DNA from: Camelus dromedarius
Lineage: Eukaryota
DNA: 64,000 nt
NCBI RefSeq assembly: GCF_036321535.1
Contig: NC_087436.1
Coordinates: 38,876,001 to 38,940,000, forward strand
Direction: 5' to 3'
The notes beneath the pieces are model-generated. The model had not been told where the DNA came from. It ran no database searches and saw only the letters and a list, made by a program, of their open reading frames with translations. Position 1 is the stretch's first letter; every line of letters starts with the position of its first letter. Below, in pieces: positions 1 through 14,189 of the stretch. Both the position numbers and the translations under genes were made by a program.

Positions 1-3000
1 CTGTTAAATGGAGTATAGAGAAAAGTTTTAATTGTATAAACAGCAAAGGGCTATCCTTGATATTGGGGTCAAAAATTAAACTGAGGGAGCAATATGGTAA
101 GAAATCTTAAGCCTGAGAAAAGCTTAGCAGGATTGAGTTTGTGATTGAGAAACTGCCATATTTTGGTTTACAGGACTAGTCAACCCAGAATCACAGAAGT
201 TTGGGTAAACACCCTAAACACTGGTCCTGAGCTTGTAGTTAGTTGGTGGTGCCTACTTCTCTTAGCTTATTTTAGTACATTTAGAAAATGTTAACATTTT
301 CTCAGAACTTGAGCCCATGTAAGTGTATTGCCATTGTACATGTGTGCCCCTAAAAGCACTTTTCTTCCATACTGGACAAGTGGATAATGAATTGAGCACC
401 TGGTTCAGGAAAAGCAAATCTGCTCCAAATATGCGGTACTGTTTGGACTCGGGGAAGAGTAGGAAGAGAGGTATTTATTTGGTCTGTTAAACCCTTTCCC
501 TACCATCTAAAAAAGTTTCTAAGTCTCTATCACTAGTTTGGATAGAAAATCTCTTAGGGATATGGTAATACAGTATCTTGAAGACTTTTCACTAAAACGT
601 TATTTTCCGTTCATATCCTTTTTTCCCCCTAAACTGCCTAAAATTCAACATATTCATTAAGTTTTTAAAATTATGTGCGTGTGTATGTATCTTGACATAA
701 AGTGGCTTTATTCTTGCCGTTCAGGTTAAAAAAAAAAAAGCAAAGCAAATTGTATTGCCATTACTTTGTAGTGGTAAAGGCTAGCCTAGAAGGTTCTCAA
801 CTGTTTAATGTTACATGTATTATTATTGTTGTTGTAACACTTGCATTTTTAGGATGTTATTCTGTTTTTATTTTCTGTCATACACATGAGATCTGTAAGG
901 TTGCCTCTTGGTGGCACTGGTGTGTAATCTACACAGGTTGTCGCTAAAATAATGTATCTACGTATTGGTATACACCTACGCATGCAGACATAATTCCCTA
1001 GTGTAGAAAAATTGTTTTAAGAATAGCAGTCTTTAATAACCTATCTTTTTGTCATACACATTGTGATTTAGCCGTTATGCTAAAATCTGTAGTCAAATAC
1101 TTTAGTAGTTTGTCTACAGCCCTCTAATATATGTCACTGAGATTTTTTAAAGACATAGTAGACTATGTCTGGAGGATTTGTATGTGTGTCATTTTAATAA
1201 TCAAGAAGATATATTTAGGTTAGAAATTGTTTGGTTTACCTTTAGATAATGGTTTATTTTACTTTACTAGTTTAGAAATTGAAAGAGGTTAGGCCATGCC
1301 ATGCCATGCCTATTTTATTTTATTTTGGGATATTTTAGATCATACAGAAGAAGAGTGCTTTTTTAGAACTGGTTAGTCGGTTCAAATAATTTTTAATTTT
1401 TAGGAAAATCATTCCATACATGGGTATATATCTGGTACCTGGGCACAAACTTTGTTCTTATGTGAATATTTCCTTTCCAGTATCTTTTCAAGTTGTTAAA
1501 ATATATACATGTAGTCTTCCCTCACCCTGCTGTGTATTACCTGTAACTAGCAAGAAGCTGTTCTTTTTCTAGATTAGTTTGTTTGGTTTTGTTATAGCTG
1601 AATAACATGATACCATTTCATTTCAATTTTCAGCCCCCAAAGTCCCCACTATTTTACTAAGTTGTAAGAAGACGTCTATAAAATTCCTGGCCCTATACTT
1701 CCCATAGGATTGCGTGTTGCCGGTCACTATCCTGTGGGAACTTCTGTAAATCTCTTAACTTCTGTGGGCGTGAACAAGTTGCGCTATTAAAGGAGTTATG
1801 TTCAGGCTAAGCCTTGTCTCCAAGGAGGATGTCACAGAAGGTAGCTACTGTGTAAGCCCAAACGGGCCCTGGAGGCCACTGTCAGAAATGGGCTTTCAGG
1901 CCACAGAGCACACCATCTAATCCCATGCGTCATTTCCTACGCTGCGTTTCCAAGACTGAAAAAAGACAGTACATTTATTTGGCTTCTCATGCCGATCACT
2001 AGCGAGTGTGAGATTTAGAGCTCTTTGAGCGCTTCACCTCAAGGTACAAACGCTGGACGACAATGTTGTCACCACTGATCTCTTTACTACGAAAAATAGT
2101 TTCCTTCAATAGAAGTAATGGAGATAAGAAAGTGTATGAAAATATACTGGAAATATTGGATTGTGGGAGGAAACCCATCACAGATATATTCTTGCCTAGC
2201 AGTAAAGTGCCTTTATTTTCAGCATAGAGCACAAATGTTAGACCTACTCCAATTTGATTTTCGATTTTCCTGTGTTTTTCACCAGATTGTATTCCTAAAA
2301 CTTTATGGGCCATCACAAGCAATGCTGTTTTGTTTCATTTAGTTTTTTGTTTTGTTTCACAAGATTGATTTAAGTTGAGAGAGGCGAAAGTGTAACTGCT
2401 CTCCTCTCCGGGGAGCAACTGTAGCTAAAATGAAGTGATTTAACATAACTGTTCAGTATCAGACATGGCTCAATCCACCTATTATTGAGTTCCTGCCACA
2501 TGTCAGGCACTGTGCTCCACATGCGGAGACAGAGCAGTGACCTTGCCGAGCTCACAGTCTTTGCAGGGATTGTTGGATAAGAGACCAGCTTCTGATCCTG
2601 CAGATTTAACGTGAAAACATAGGGTACATCTGTCACTTCTGTTTTCATCTATAACATATGTATTACACAGTTTTCCAAGGACTTTCTTTACCTGGAACTT
2701 ACTAAGAATCGTCAGTGAACATCCTGTCTTCTTGCAAGTATGAATCACTTAGCCTGCTGCTAGCTTAAAGAACACCTCATATAAGTAAGGAGTCATATAT
2801 TCCACTACATAGATTATTTTTCCATATGCTAGCCAGGTAGAGATTACTCAGAGTTCTCCTGGACTGGTAAATTGTGCACAGTTTTGGACCCCTTCTGCTC
2901 CACCACAGGGAGCGAGGAAGAAAGTATTAAAGCTCACTTTGCCCTTCCATAAGCTTCTCAAAAGCCTGTGTAAACATGTCTTAATAAATGTTGAAAACCA

Positions 3001-3410
3001 TGTATATAGTTGAAAATATAAATTTCTATTACAGTTTAAGAAAAGAAAACCTTAAGAATCTTCACTAGCCACTGTTAATATCTATTTGTATTCTTATACC
3101 TTTTCAATACATTTGAACAAATATATAGTTTCTGGCACTATTTTTGTACTAGGATAAAGGAGTTAACTATGTATATTATGTTTAGCTCTTAAGTCATTTT
3201 AAATAATTGTGAATGTTGATTTCCTGTCTTTCCTTCTCCCCCACCACGAGAACTGTTTCAGATGACTCTTCTGTGACAAAATCACTTTAAAGGTACACTT
3301 ACCCACCTGTGATCCCTATAATGCCAAGCGATGGTCAGGGTGGTTTTCCATTGTGCAGACTCTTCACTTGTCAGTTGTTTCCTCATTTTGCCGTGCTTTG
3401 TAAAAATAAA
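1..3410 (+). other. PDE5A: Probable distal 3' UTR of PDE5A (no coding exon in window)
   Basis: AT-rich, largely repeat-free sequence with AATAAA at ~2983 and ~3404; repeat-rich DNA starts after it. PDE5A is the known co-oriented neighbour upstream of FABP2. Synteny inference only. Confidence 0.45.
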
Positions 3411-6294
3411 AAGAATGAACAAGCAGGTGGAGTGTTGTGTGATTATTATGGGACTTTGCATTTTAGGTGGGGAGAATGGGCCCAATAGTTTGAGAGACTT
3501 TAATCAAGCTAATCTTTGGTCCCACAAGCTGGAAAAAAAAATGTGGTTTAATGAACTCCCTTCCTTAGCCTAGACACTTCTCAGTAATACTATTTTTATT
3601 AATATCCTTTGCTACTGGTTTGGGGGCAACATTCTCCATACACCCCACCACTTCCAAGTCCCTAACAGCTCTATGGAGGGTGGTTATTACCATCCTCATG
3701 TTGCATGAGGAGCTAAGGCTTAAGAATTAAATACCTGCCAAATGGCATGGAGCTGGATTCCAGCCCAGATCTGTCTAGTTTCAAAGCAGGTTATTTATTC
3801 TACTTAGCCCCCTTTTTGAATTTTAATTGTAAGAAGTCCCAAGTCCATTCTTGGTGGATCAACTGGTCTACCTAAAAGCACTGGAGACAAGATTTCCCAC
3901 ACCCAGCAGATTTGGTTTTGAGATTTTAAAGTTAACATTCCTTTAGTTCATCTGGTAATAGCTAATGCCATGCTTTCAGAATCCCAGGTACCACTGTGCT
4001 TCAGTGCTGCTAGTCTAGAGGCGTGGAGGTATAATTCACTGCAGGATTAATGATTCATTTTGTAGTTCTGCCACTGGGCAAGCCCCCTTCGTGTGGAGCT
4101 ACATCTAGGCTATGCCGAGTTCACAAAGCTAAAGGCAAAAATAAAATGAAAGCTCACATAAACAATATTTTAGACTTTCTGACCACTAGAGAGCGCCACA
4201 GTTTCAGTTGTAGTTAAAGAAATAACCCTTACTGGATATTAACAATGAATAAAACTGTTATTTAAAAAAAAAAAATTTACTAGCTAAAGAAAAACAAATG
4301 GAAAAAAAAATCAGTGGAGAATTAAGACTTGCTTACCACCATTTGTCCAGTTTAAGATTCTTCCCAAATAACTGATCATCTCAAGTCTTTCTGATTCTCA
4401 ACATTCCATCCACTGAGACATCATCCCTACTTGTATCAAAGGAAAGCATCTGACAACTTTTTTGAACGCACATTCTTGCTATTAGCTGTGCTGCCTTCTC
4501 AGCAAGCAAGGATATATTTATATATTTATATACATACATACGTGATACATGCAAATGTCAAAGATTTTCTGTTTTTAAGGCACATAACAAACAAAAAACA
4601 CTTTGAACTTGCAGAGAATATCCTCTGACTTTAAGCTATATTCAGCTTCCGCAGGAAAAAATCTGTTTCCAGGTCACAACCCATTTTTTTCAAAATAAAA
4701 ATCCACAAAAATTATGCCTGGAATCAAAATAATTATTTGAATCAAAAGAAATCTGACTAATTAAATGGCATGCATGATTGTTCTCTTTGGCTTGCCTCAT
4801 TTTAAGTATATGAGCATGCGTTTTGTGTGTGTGTGAAATATACAGGAAAAAAGATGATTCAATCATCGGATGGCAATCCCAATAGCATGTTTTAGAATTC
4901 CTCTTTCTAACTGGAATTTAAGACACAAGTTTGTATGGCTAAGGGGGGGAGAGAAGATGGAACATGAACTATCAGAATAGCTTCCAACTTTAAGATCCCC
5001 TAAGTCAATCACTTTAGAGCCACATTTCACTTCCTATCACTGTATCCCTTACCCAACAGGGCTGATTTTTAGACTTTATACAACACCAATCCATCATATC
5101 CATCATAAGACACAAGCTTTCCCGTTCACCAACCAGCTCTCTGAAAGTCAAGAGTTCTCTATCTGGCTGATGTACCCAGACCAAGGAGGAAAAGCATAAA
5201 ACATGGTCAACAACCGCCTCAGCTACAGTTGCTCTCACTCTCCAGGAAAGCCAATAGAAGCAGATACTAAGGGTGCTTTGCTGAGTCTGTGAAAGTAAGT
5301 AGTGCACTTCTTTGGGGAGTGTATGAAGGCAGGACTGTGTCCTATTGTTATTTCCTCTGTTTCCTGTAACGTCCGCTTCTCTTTTTCTATGTTGTCTCCA
5401 ATCCCTAGGCCTTCAAACATACTTGATTCTTCCCTGCGCTAAGAACACCAACCTGAATCACACAGCCCTCCCACCAGCACCTCTGCCTTCTGTCTTGTGC
5501 TTTGAAGGTATTCAAGAAATACTGAGTGAAAGAATAGATTTCCATCCTCTCTCACTTGACATAAAATTGAATTTTTTTTAAGAAAGGAAAAAAATTTCAG
5601 TAAAGGGCAATAGAAAAATCAATACAGCATTTTAGAAATTTTCAGTTGGACAAGAGCTGAATTTTAAGATGGAAAAAAAACTGAATAAAACAATTGGGAA
5701 AAAGATACTTGTTTTCTATTGTATATAAATTTGTTACCAGGCTTTCATTAATAAATTTGATAACCACTGGTGGAGTTACTCCCAGTGGGAGTTTTACTGT
5801 ATTGCTGGGAGCCAAGGAAAATTCATAAAGGCTAGAGGCCAATAATCTTGTGGAGAAGACAAGATTTACATTTAAAAATAAAAACAAAAGTCAACAGAAG
5901 GTATTTATTCATTCATTCATAAATGCGTGATTGTCTCCTAAGTGTCAGGCTGGGCTAAACTAACAGGCATGGTCTCACAAAGCATCTAGTCTGGCAGAGG
6001 CTACACATAAGGGCAAATAGACAACCTTTGTGCACTGATGGTGGGAGTGGAGGCTCACAGAGGCTCCTTAAGGATGTGACACCTGGTTTAGATGAAAAGG
6101 AAGAAGAGTATTCTAGGCAGAAGAAACGTGTGAAGACCTAGAAGTAGCAAACTTGAGAACTTGAAAGCCTTCCCACTTCTTATTTAAATACTTGTAAATT
6201 TTATACTTTTAAATGATGATGATTAAAAATATATTTATAACGTATAAATATTGTATTTAAATACTTGTAAGTGTTGTATAAAATAAAAAAGTCC

Positions 6295-6385
6295 TTTTTT
6301 TCATTGAAGTATAGTTAATTTACAATATTATGTTAGTTTCAGGTGTACAACATGATGATTCAATATTTTTATAGATTATGCTCCA
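6295..6385 (-). mobile_element. L1 3'-end fragment
   Basis: T-run followed by ATTGAAGTATAGTTAATTTACAATATTATGTTAGTTTCAGGTGTACAAC, the reverse complement of a Laurasiatherian L1 3' terminus. Confidence 0.7.
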
Positions 6386-8086
6386 GCAAACATCCTTTAA
6401 ATGTATATTTGAGCTCTTAAAATAAGAGAAATCCCAGAGGCCAAAACAAAGCTAATTAAAAACCCAGTCAGTAAGCATGTGAGCTGATGCTGTATCAGAC
6501 TCGGGAATATTTACAGATCTATATCAAGAAGGAAACATGGTCATGAGATCCAGGGAAGCATTTGGGGAATAGCCCTCCAAGTAAGGCTGAAAACTCTGAA
6601 CAGCTATGCTCTCAACATGTGGAAAGGGAGGGAAATCCATTCAGCGACACAGAACTAAAGAAGCATGCCAGTCAATCTGGGCTCTGGTTAAAAAAAAACC
6701 CACAACATTGAGTCTATCCTCATATTAACACAGATTTGGGGTCTGAATATGATGCAAGACCACACAAGTTGAATAGTAAGCACCAAAAGAAGTCTCAGGA
6801 AGGTAACATCCCCAGACACCTGGCAAAAGCAAAGGCAAAATGTCTTTGGAAGAGCACAACCTCAAATAGGCCCATAAAATTTCCATAGAAATTACTAATC
6901 CACACCACTAAAGACAAATTCATAATTCATAACTGCAGTCCACAGAAGACAATAATTCACAGGGCACGAAGTCAGTGCCACAGGACCGTAGGATCCGATC
7001 CCGGAGATCTCTATCAACAGAACTCTTTGATAGAAGCTGCTGGGAAGAATCATTGACTCCTTACTCTTGTGTTTCCAAATGAAGGAACACCCCTAAAATG
7101 ATACTCTTGGCCTCTTGTTCCACCCTTGACTCAACCCAGTCAGATACCTGACTGGAGGGTGACAGCCATCAGTCCACAGTCCTTAAATGGGTGCAGTTAA
7201 TCTAATAAAAAGCAGTAAACGCTGGGGATTTGCTTATTTTCCTTATCTTCCTACCCTGATTGAGTGCAAGCTGGAAATCCTGGGTCAGGGTGTTGGGTAT
7301 GTGGGCTGTCCCTGCTGAGGGCTGGGGGCTGAGGCAGGGAGTGTTGGTAACCCATCTGACAGAGCATGTTTTCCAAGCAGGACTTATTCAGGGGCCCACC
7401 CACCTCCACAAAGCTCCACACCAGCCAGCATCACACAGTGTTCCTGGAGTGCTCTGCCTACCTCCCTAGGGCTTTCTAGGCTTGCCCTGCAATACCAATA
7501 GGCTTTTTCCAATGTCCTCTCTTGGTTCTGATCAATGAAGTAAACTGGTGCTTTCCTGGGTCTGTTGTAAGCTGTGCTGTTCGAGAGACAGAACGTACAA
7601 ATAAGAACATCTTCCGCCCCTCTCCTTCCCGCTGGTGGATGCACAGAAGGCAGGAGTAAAGTCAATATTCACTCATCTCATAAGAGGTCCCATTTTAGGA
7701 ATGCCATGAATTCACTAAAGAATTCAAGAGAAGCATGGTTGGAAGATACGTTGTTCTGTTTTGTATTACAAAATTTTGAAAAGTAAATTCCACATGACCA
7801 GAAATTATTGTTCATTTTTTTTTCTGTCTATTCTGTTTAAGACCTGCATTTGTGATCATCATCAGTGAAGCACACTAGCGGACTCTGAGTCACTGGGAGC
7901 ACGTATTCACAGGCAGCACAACGGAGGAGGCAGCATCATGTGTAATCATGTAACGAACATGAGTAAATGGTATTAGGGAACTACAGAGGCCAGAAGATCG
8001 GATTATTTTCATACAAACAGGTTCTGAAGTCTATAACAGAGTGACTGTTTTTGCTCTCAGTGGGAGCAACAAAAATAGAGATGAAG

Positions 8087-8130
8087 AACACATCTGACAG
8101 TAAAAAACACATCTGACAGTAAAAAACACA
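8087..8130. repeat. 19-bp tandem duplication
   Basis: AACACATCTGACAGTAAAA x2 plus a partial third copy. Confidence 0.9.
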
Positions 8131-8246
8131 AGCAAGTGGTCCCTGAACTTTAACACTACCAATATGAATTGATTTTCACATGGACAATGAAATATGAAAA
8201 TATCTCTCCTCTACTCAATTGTCTAAATTTTCATTGAAAAAACAAT

Positions 8247-8749
8247 TGTTATTAGTTTCCTAATGCTGCTGTAGCAAATTACCACAAATATACTGACTTA
8301 ACACAAATGTATTATCTTACGGTTCAGGAGATCAAAAGTCAAAAATGTGTCAGCAAGGCTGCAGTCCTTCCAGAGGCCATTCCCCAGCCTTTCTGAGCTT
8401 TCAGAGGCTGCCTGTGCTGCTTAGATTGTGGCCTCGTCTTCCATCTTCAAAGCCAACAGCAGAGCATGTGCAGAGCACTCTCCCTCTCACAGTCACACAC
8501 ACACACACACACACACACACAACACCCTTCTGCTTCCATCCTCACATTTCCTTCTCTAACACTCTCTCCCTCCTAAAAGGACTCTTGTGATTGCATTTGG
8601 CCCACACAGATAATCCAGGATGATCTTCCTATCCCAAAATGCTTAACAATCAGATGTGCAAAGCTCCTTTAGCCATAAAAGTAACATATTCACAGGTTCC
8701 AGGGACGAGGATACGAACATCTTTGGGGGCCAGTATTCCCTCTAACACA
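8247..8749 (-). mobile_element. MaLR solo LTR (MLT1C/D-like) with internal (CA)n
   Basis: Begins TGTTATTAGTTTCCTAATGCTGCTGTAGCAAATTACC and ends GGGGCCAGTATTCCCTCTAACACA, matching reverse-complemented MLT1 termini. Confidence 0.75.
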
Positions 8750-8787
8750 GCAACTCTCACATGGGCTCATGAATTATGTGATACATT

Positions 8788-8824
<37 letters not shown>

Positions 8825-8857
8825 ATAGGCTAGTTTTTAGAGCAGTTTTGAGTTGGA

Positions 8858-11800
8858 AGAGGATCAGCCAAAATGGAAGAACAGAAAGACCCTGAGCTCA
8901 CCTCCTCTCACAAGCTCACCAAAATCATAACTATCTACAGCATTACCATCAAGTGTCATACCTTGGGGTGGGCGACCTATGAACTGGAGAGTATGCAGAG
9001 GTTCTCCCACAGGAGTGAGACTTCTGAGCCCCACATCAGGATCCCCAGTCTGGGGATTCTGCAGCGAGAAGATGAGCACCTAGGGCATTTGGCTTTGAAG
9101 GCCAGCAGGGCTTAATTTCAGGAGCCCCACAGGACTGGGATAAACAGAGACTTCACTCTTAAAAGGTGCGTACAAAATCACACACGCACCAGGACCCAGG
9201 GCACACGCAGTAACTTGATGACAGCCTGGACCAGACATACCTGCTGGCCTCAGAGAGCATCCCAGAGAGGCAGAAGGCAGCTGCAGCTCATCCTGGAGAC
9301 ACAGATACTGGCGGCAGCCATATTTAGGAACTCATGCTACCGTGTGGGCGCTCCTGTGGTGGCTACCATCTTGGGATCCTTCCTCTAGCTTGTGAGTGCC
9401 AAGACCTGGCCTCACCCAACAGCCTGCAGGCCCAGCGCTGGGAGGCCTCAAGCCAAACAACTAACTGGATGGGGACATAGGCCCGCACATCACCAGACAG
9501 GCTGCCAAAAGACTTCCTGAGACCACAGTCACCTCTAGATATGTCTCACCAGAGGGCCAGGACCCAGCTCCACCCACCAGTGTGGAGGTACTGGCCCTGC
9601 CCTCAAGGGAGCCTGCAGTAGCCTCCAGACCAGCCTCCCCCACCAGGCAACAGACACCAGATGTAAGAAAACCACAATGCTGCAGCCTGCAGACCCAATC
9701 CGCCCACAGAAGGCCAGACAGCACCCTGGGACCAGCTGGGCCCTGGCTCTGCCCTCTAGCAGGCCAACGCAAGCTTCAGGACATCACGGACCCCATACCC
9801 AACTGTGTCAGGAGCCACCCTCCACCACTAGCCATCTGACACCAGTTCTGGGATCCCTGGACCCTGTAGCCAGTTTCCGGGACCCAGCACTAACCCCACC
9901 AGTGAGCAGGCAAAAGCTCCAGAGTCTTCTGGAGTCTAACTGGGCCCACCAGTGAGCCAGCACTAACCCTGAGGCCTCTAGGGTTCTGCAGCAGCCACCT
10001 TGTGACCAGACCCCGCTAACTAGCAGTTAGCGCATCCGCACAAGGCAGGGCCTGACAACAAACCGGGCTAGGGGCTTACCAAGCCTACCAGACCAACCAC
10101 ACAGTCTGCCACAACAGAAGGACCCATGCAGCCCTCTTAGGGGGAACCTCTAGAGCACAGAGCTTGGGTGACGACAGGAGAGTGCACTGCCGGGACACAG
10201 AGGACATCTCCTACAGAAAGCCACTTCTCCACTTCTCCAAGGTCAAGAAACATAATTAACCTACTACCTGTATAAAAAACAAGCAGAAACTTAGAAAAAA
10301 TGAGGTGGCAATGGAACATGTTCCAGATGAAGGAACAAGATAAAACCTCTGAAGAAGTAAGTGAAGTGGAGATAGGCAATCTACCTGAGAAAGAGTTGAG
10401 AGTAATGATCCCAAAGATGATCAAAGAATTCAGGAGAAGAATGGATGCACAGAGCAAGAAGTTTTTAACAAACAGAATATGTAAAGAACAACCAAACAAA
10501 GATGAAGAATACAATAACTGAAATGAAAAATACACTAGGAGGAATCAACAGTAGACTAAATGATACAGAGGAATGGATCAGTGAGCTGGAAGACAGAGTA
10601 GTGGAAATCACTGCCTCTGAACAGAAAAAAGAAAACAGAATGAAAAGAAATGAGGACAGTTTAAGAGACCTCTGGGACAACATCAAGCATAATAATTCCA
10701 CATTATAGGGATCCCAGAAGGAGAAGAGAGAGAAATATATGTGAACATATGAGAACATATGTGAAGACACAATAGCTAGAAACTTCCCTGACTTGGGAAA
10801 AGAAACAGTTACCGAAGTCCAGAAAGTGCAGAATCCCACACAGGATTAATCCAAAGAGGAACACACCAAGACACATTGTAATTTAAATCATAAAAATTAA
10901 AGATACAGAGAGTATATTAAAAGCAGCAAGGAAAAATCAGTAAATAACATACAAGGGAATTCCTATAAAGCTATCAGTTGATTTTTCAGCAGACACTCTG
11001 CAAGCCAGAAGGGAGTGGCATGATATATTTAAAGTGATGAAAGGGGAAAACCTACAACCAAGAATTCTCTGCCCAGCGAGGCTCTCCTTCAGACCTGATG
11101 GAGAAATCAAAAGCATTATGGACAAGCAAAAGCTGAAAGAGTTCAGAACTGCCAAAACAGCTATACAATTAATGTTAAAGAAACTTCCCTAGGTTTTTCA
11201 AAAAGAAAAAGGCCACAACTAGAAACAAGAAAATTACGAAATGAAAATGCTCACTGGTAAAGGCAAACATACAGTAAAGGTAGAAAACTATCCACACACA
11301 AAGCTAGCAGGGAGGTTAAAAGACAAAAGTAGTGAAATCATCTATATCCACAGGAAGCAGTTAAGGGCTACACAAAACAATTACACGTAAAATATGGTAT
11401 CAAAGACAGTAATAGTGAGAAGAGGAGAGTACAAGTGAAGGGTTTTTTAAATGCCTTTGAAATTAAGAGACCAGCAACTTAAAAAATCATGTATATGTAT
11501 AGACTGCTATACAAAAACTTCATGGTAACCACAAACCAAAAATCTACAATAGATATACACACAAAAAAGAAAAAGGAATCCAAACATAACACTAATGCTG
11601 GTGATCAAATCACAAGAGAAGAGGGAAAAAAAGAAAAGAAAAAAAGACCTACAAAAACAAATACAAAACAATTAACAAAATGACAATAATAACATACATC
11701 TCAATAATTACTTTAAATGTAAATGGATCAAATGATTCAACCGAAAGACAGAGTGGCCAAATGGATACAAAAACAAGAGTCATATATGTGCTGCTTTCAA

Positions 11801-14100
11801 GAGACTACCTTCCAGTCTTTGTTCTTTGAAAAGATAAACAAAATTGATAAACCTTTAGCCAGACTCAAGAAAAAAAGAGAGAAGACCCAAAATCAAAAAT
11901 GATAAAACAGTTACAATTGACATCACAGAAATACAAAGGATCATAAGAGACTGCTGTGAACAACTATATGCTAATAAAGTGGACAACATAGAAGAAATGT
12001 ATGTCAGAAAGGTACACTATCCCAACACTGAATCAGGAAGAAATAGAAAATTTGAACAGACCAATTACCAGTAATGAAATTGAATCAGTAATTTAAAAAT
12101 TCCAACAAATAAGAGTCCAGTATCAGATGGCTTCACTGATGAATTCCACCAAACATCCAGAGAAGACTTAACACCTATCCTTCTCAAACCATTCTAAAAA
12201 ACTGCAGATAAAGAAACTTCTGAACTCATTCTATGAGGCCAGCATCACCCTGATACCAAAACCGGAGATATCACAAAAAAATAAAATTACAGGCCAATAT
12301 CACTGATAAACACAGATGCAAAAATCCTCAACAATTTATTAGCAAACCAAATCTAACAGTACATTAAAAGAATTACATACCATGATCAAGTGGGATTAAT
12401 CCCAGGGATGCACATATTTTTCAATATCTGCAAATCAATCAATGTGAAAAACCACATTAACAAATTGAAGAATAAAAATCATATGATCATCTCAAAAGAT
12501 GCAGAAAAAGCTTTTGATAAAATTCAACATCCTTTTATGATATATAAAAAAAAAAACTCTCCAGAAAGTGGACAAAGAGGGAACAGATCTCAACATAATA
12601 AAGGCCATATATGGCAAACCCATTGCTAACATTATACTCAATGGTGAGAGGCTGAAAGCATTTCCTCCAAGATCAGGAACAAGACAAGGATGCCTATTCT
12701 CACCACTTTTATTCAATATAGCTTTGGAAGTCCTAGCCACAGCAATCAGAAAAGAAAAAGAAATAAAATGAATCGAAATGGGCAAGGAAGAAGTAAAACT
12801 GTCACTGGCTGCAGATGACATGATACTATACACAGAAAATCTTAAAGATGCCACCGGAAGACCTCTAGAGCTCAACAATGAATTTAATAAAGTTGCAGGA
12901 TACAAAATTAATAGAAGTTTGTTGCATTTCTATACACTGACAACAAACTATCAGAGAAAGAAATTAAGGAAACAATCCATTTATCATATCAATCCATTTA
13001 TCCTAGAATAAAATACCTAGGAATAAACCTACCTAAGGAGACAAAAGAACTGTACTTAGAAAACAGTAAGACACTGATGAAGAAATAGAAGATGACACAA
13101 ACAGATGGAATGATATACCATTTTCTTGGATTAGGAGAATCAATATTGTTAAAATGCCCACAGTACCCAAGGCAATATACAGGGTCAAAATACCAATGGT
13201 ATTTTTCACAGAACTAAAATAATTTTTAAATTTGTATGGATTCACAAAGGACCCTGAATAGCCAAAGCAATCTTAAGAAGAACAGAGCTAGAGGAATCAA
13301 GTTCCCTGACTTCAGACTATACTACAAAGCTACAGTAATCAAAACAGTATGATACTAGCACAAAAACAGACATACAGATGAATGGAACAAGATAGAAAGT
13401 CCAGAAATAAACCCACACACTTATGGTCAATTAATCTATGACAAAGGAGGCAAGAATATAAAATGGAGAAAAGACAGTCTCTTCAGTAAGTCATTCTGGG
13501 AAAATTGGACAGCTACGTGTAAAAGAATGAAATTGGAGCATTCTCTAATACTATATATAAAAGTAAACTCAAAATGTATATATATGTGTACATATACATA
13601 TATATACACATGTGTACACATATATGTACACACATACATACATACACACAATGGAATATTACTCAGCCATAAAAAAGAAACAATGTCATTTGCAGCAACA
13701 TGGATGGACCTAGAGATTATCATATTAAGTAAGTTAGTCAGAGAAAGACAAATATCATATGATATCACTTATATGTGGAATCTTAAAAAAAGATACAAAG
13801 TCTATTTACAAACTAAAAACAGACTCACAGACTTGGAAAACAAATGATGGTTATCAAAGGGGAAGTGCAGGGGAGGGATAAATTAGGAACTTAGGACTAA
13901 CATATTATTATATATAAAATAAACAACAAGGACCTATAGCACAGGGAACTATACTCAACTTCTTGTAAAAACATATAATGGAAAAGAATCTGAAAAGAAA
14001 AAATATATACATATGTATATATGTAACTGAATCATTTTACTGTATACCTGAAACTAATATTGTACATAAACAACACTTCAATAAAAAATAAAATTAAAAG
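8858..14100 (+). mobile_element. Near full-length decayed LINE-1 (5'UTR, ORF1, ORF2 with two internal deletions, 3'UTR, A-tail)
   Basis: L1 5' start; ORF1 remnants (NLPEKELRVMI, SRLNDTEEWISELEDR, LRDLWDNIK); ORF2 start MTIITYISIITLNVNG at 11680; RT motifs ([26 protein letters not shown]); C-terminal [10 protein letters not shown]-rich tail at ~14080-14100. Many stops and frameshifts. Confidence 0.95.
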
Positions 14101-14189
14101 ACAAAACACTTAGTAGGGTATATAAAATGCAATCAGGCAAAAGAAGTGGTTGCATTAAAAAAGGTTAATGGAAAAAACACTATGGGATT

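Noticed and set aside
10137..13847. Many 60-137 aa ORFs on both strands
   Set aside because: Fragments or antisense shadows of decayed L1 ORF1/ORF2, not host genes.
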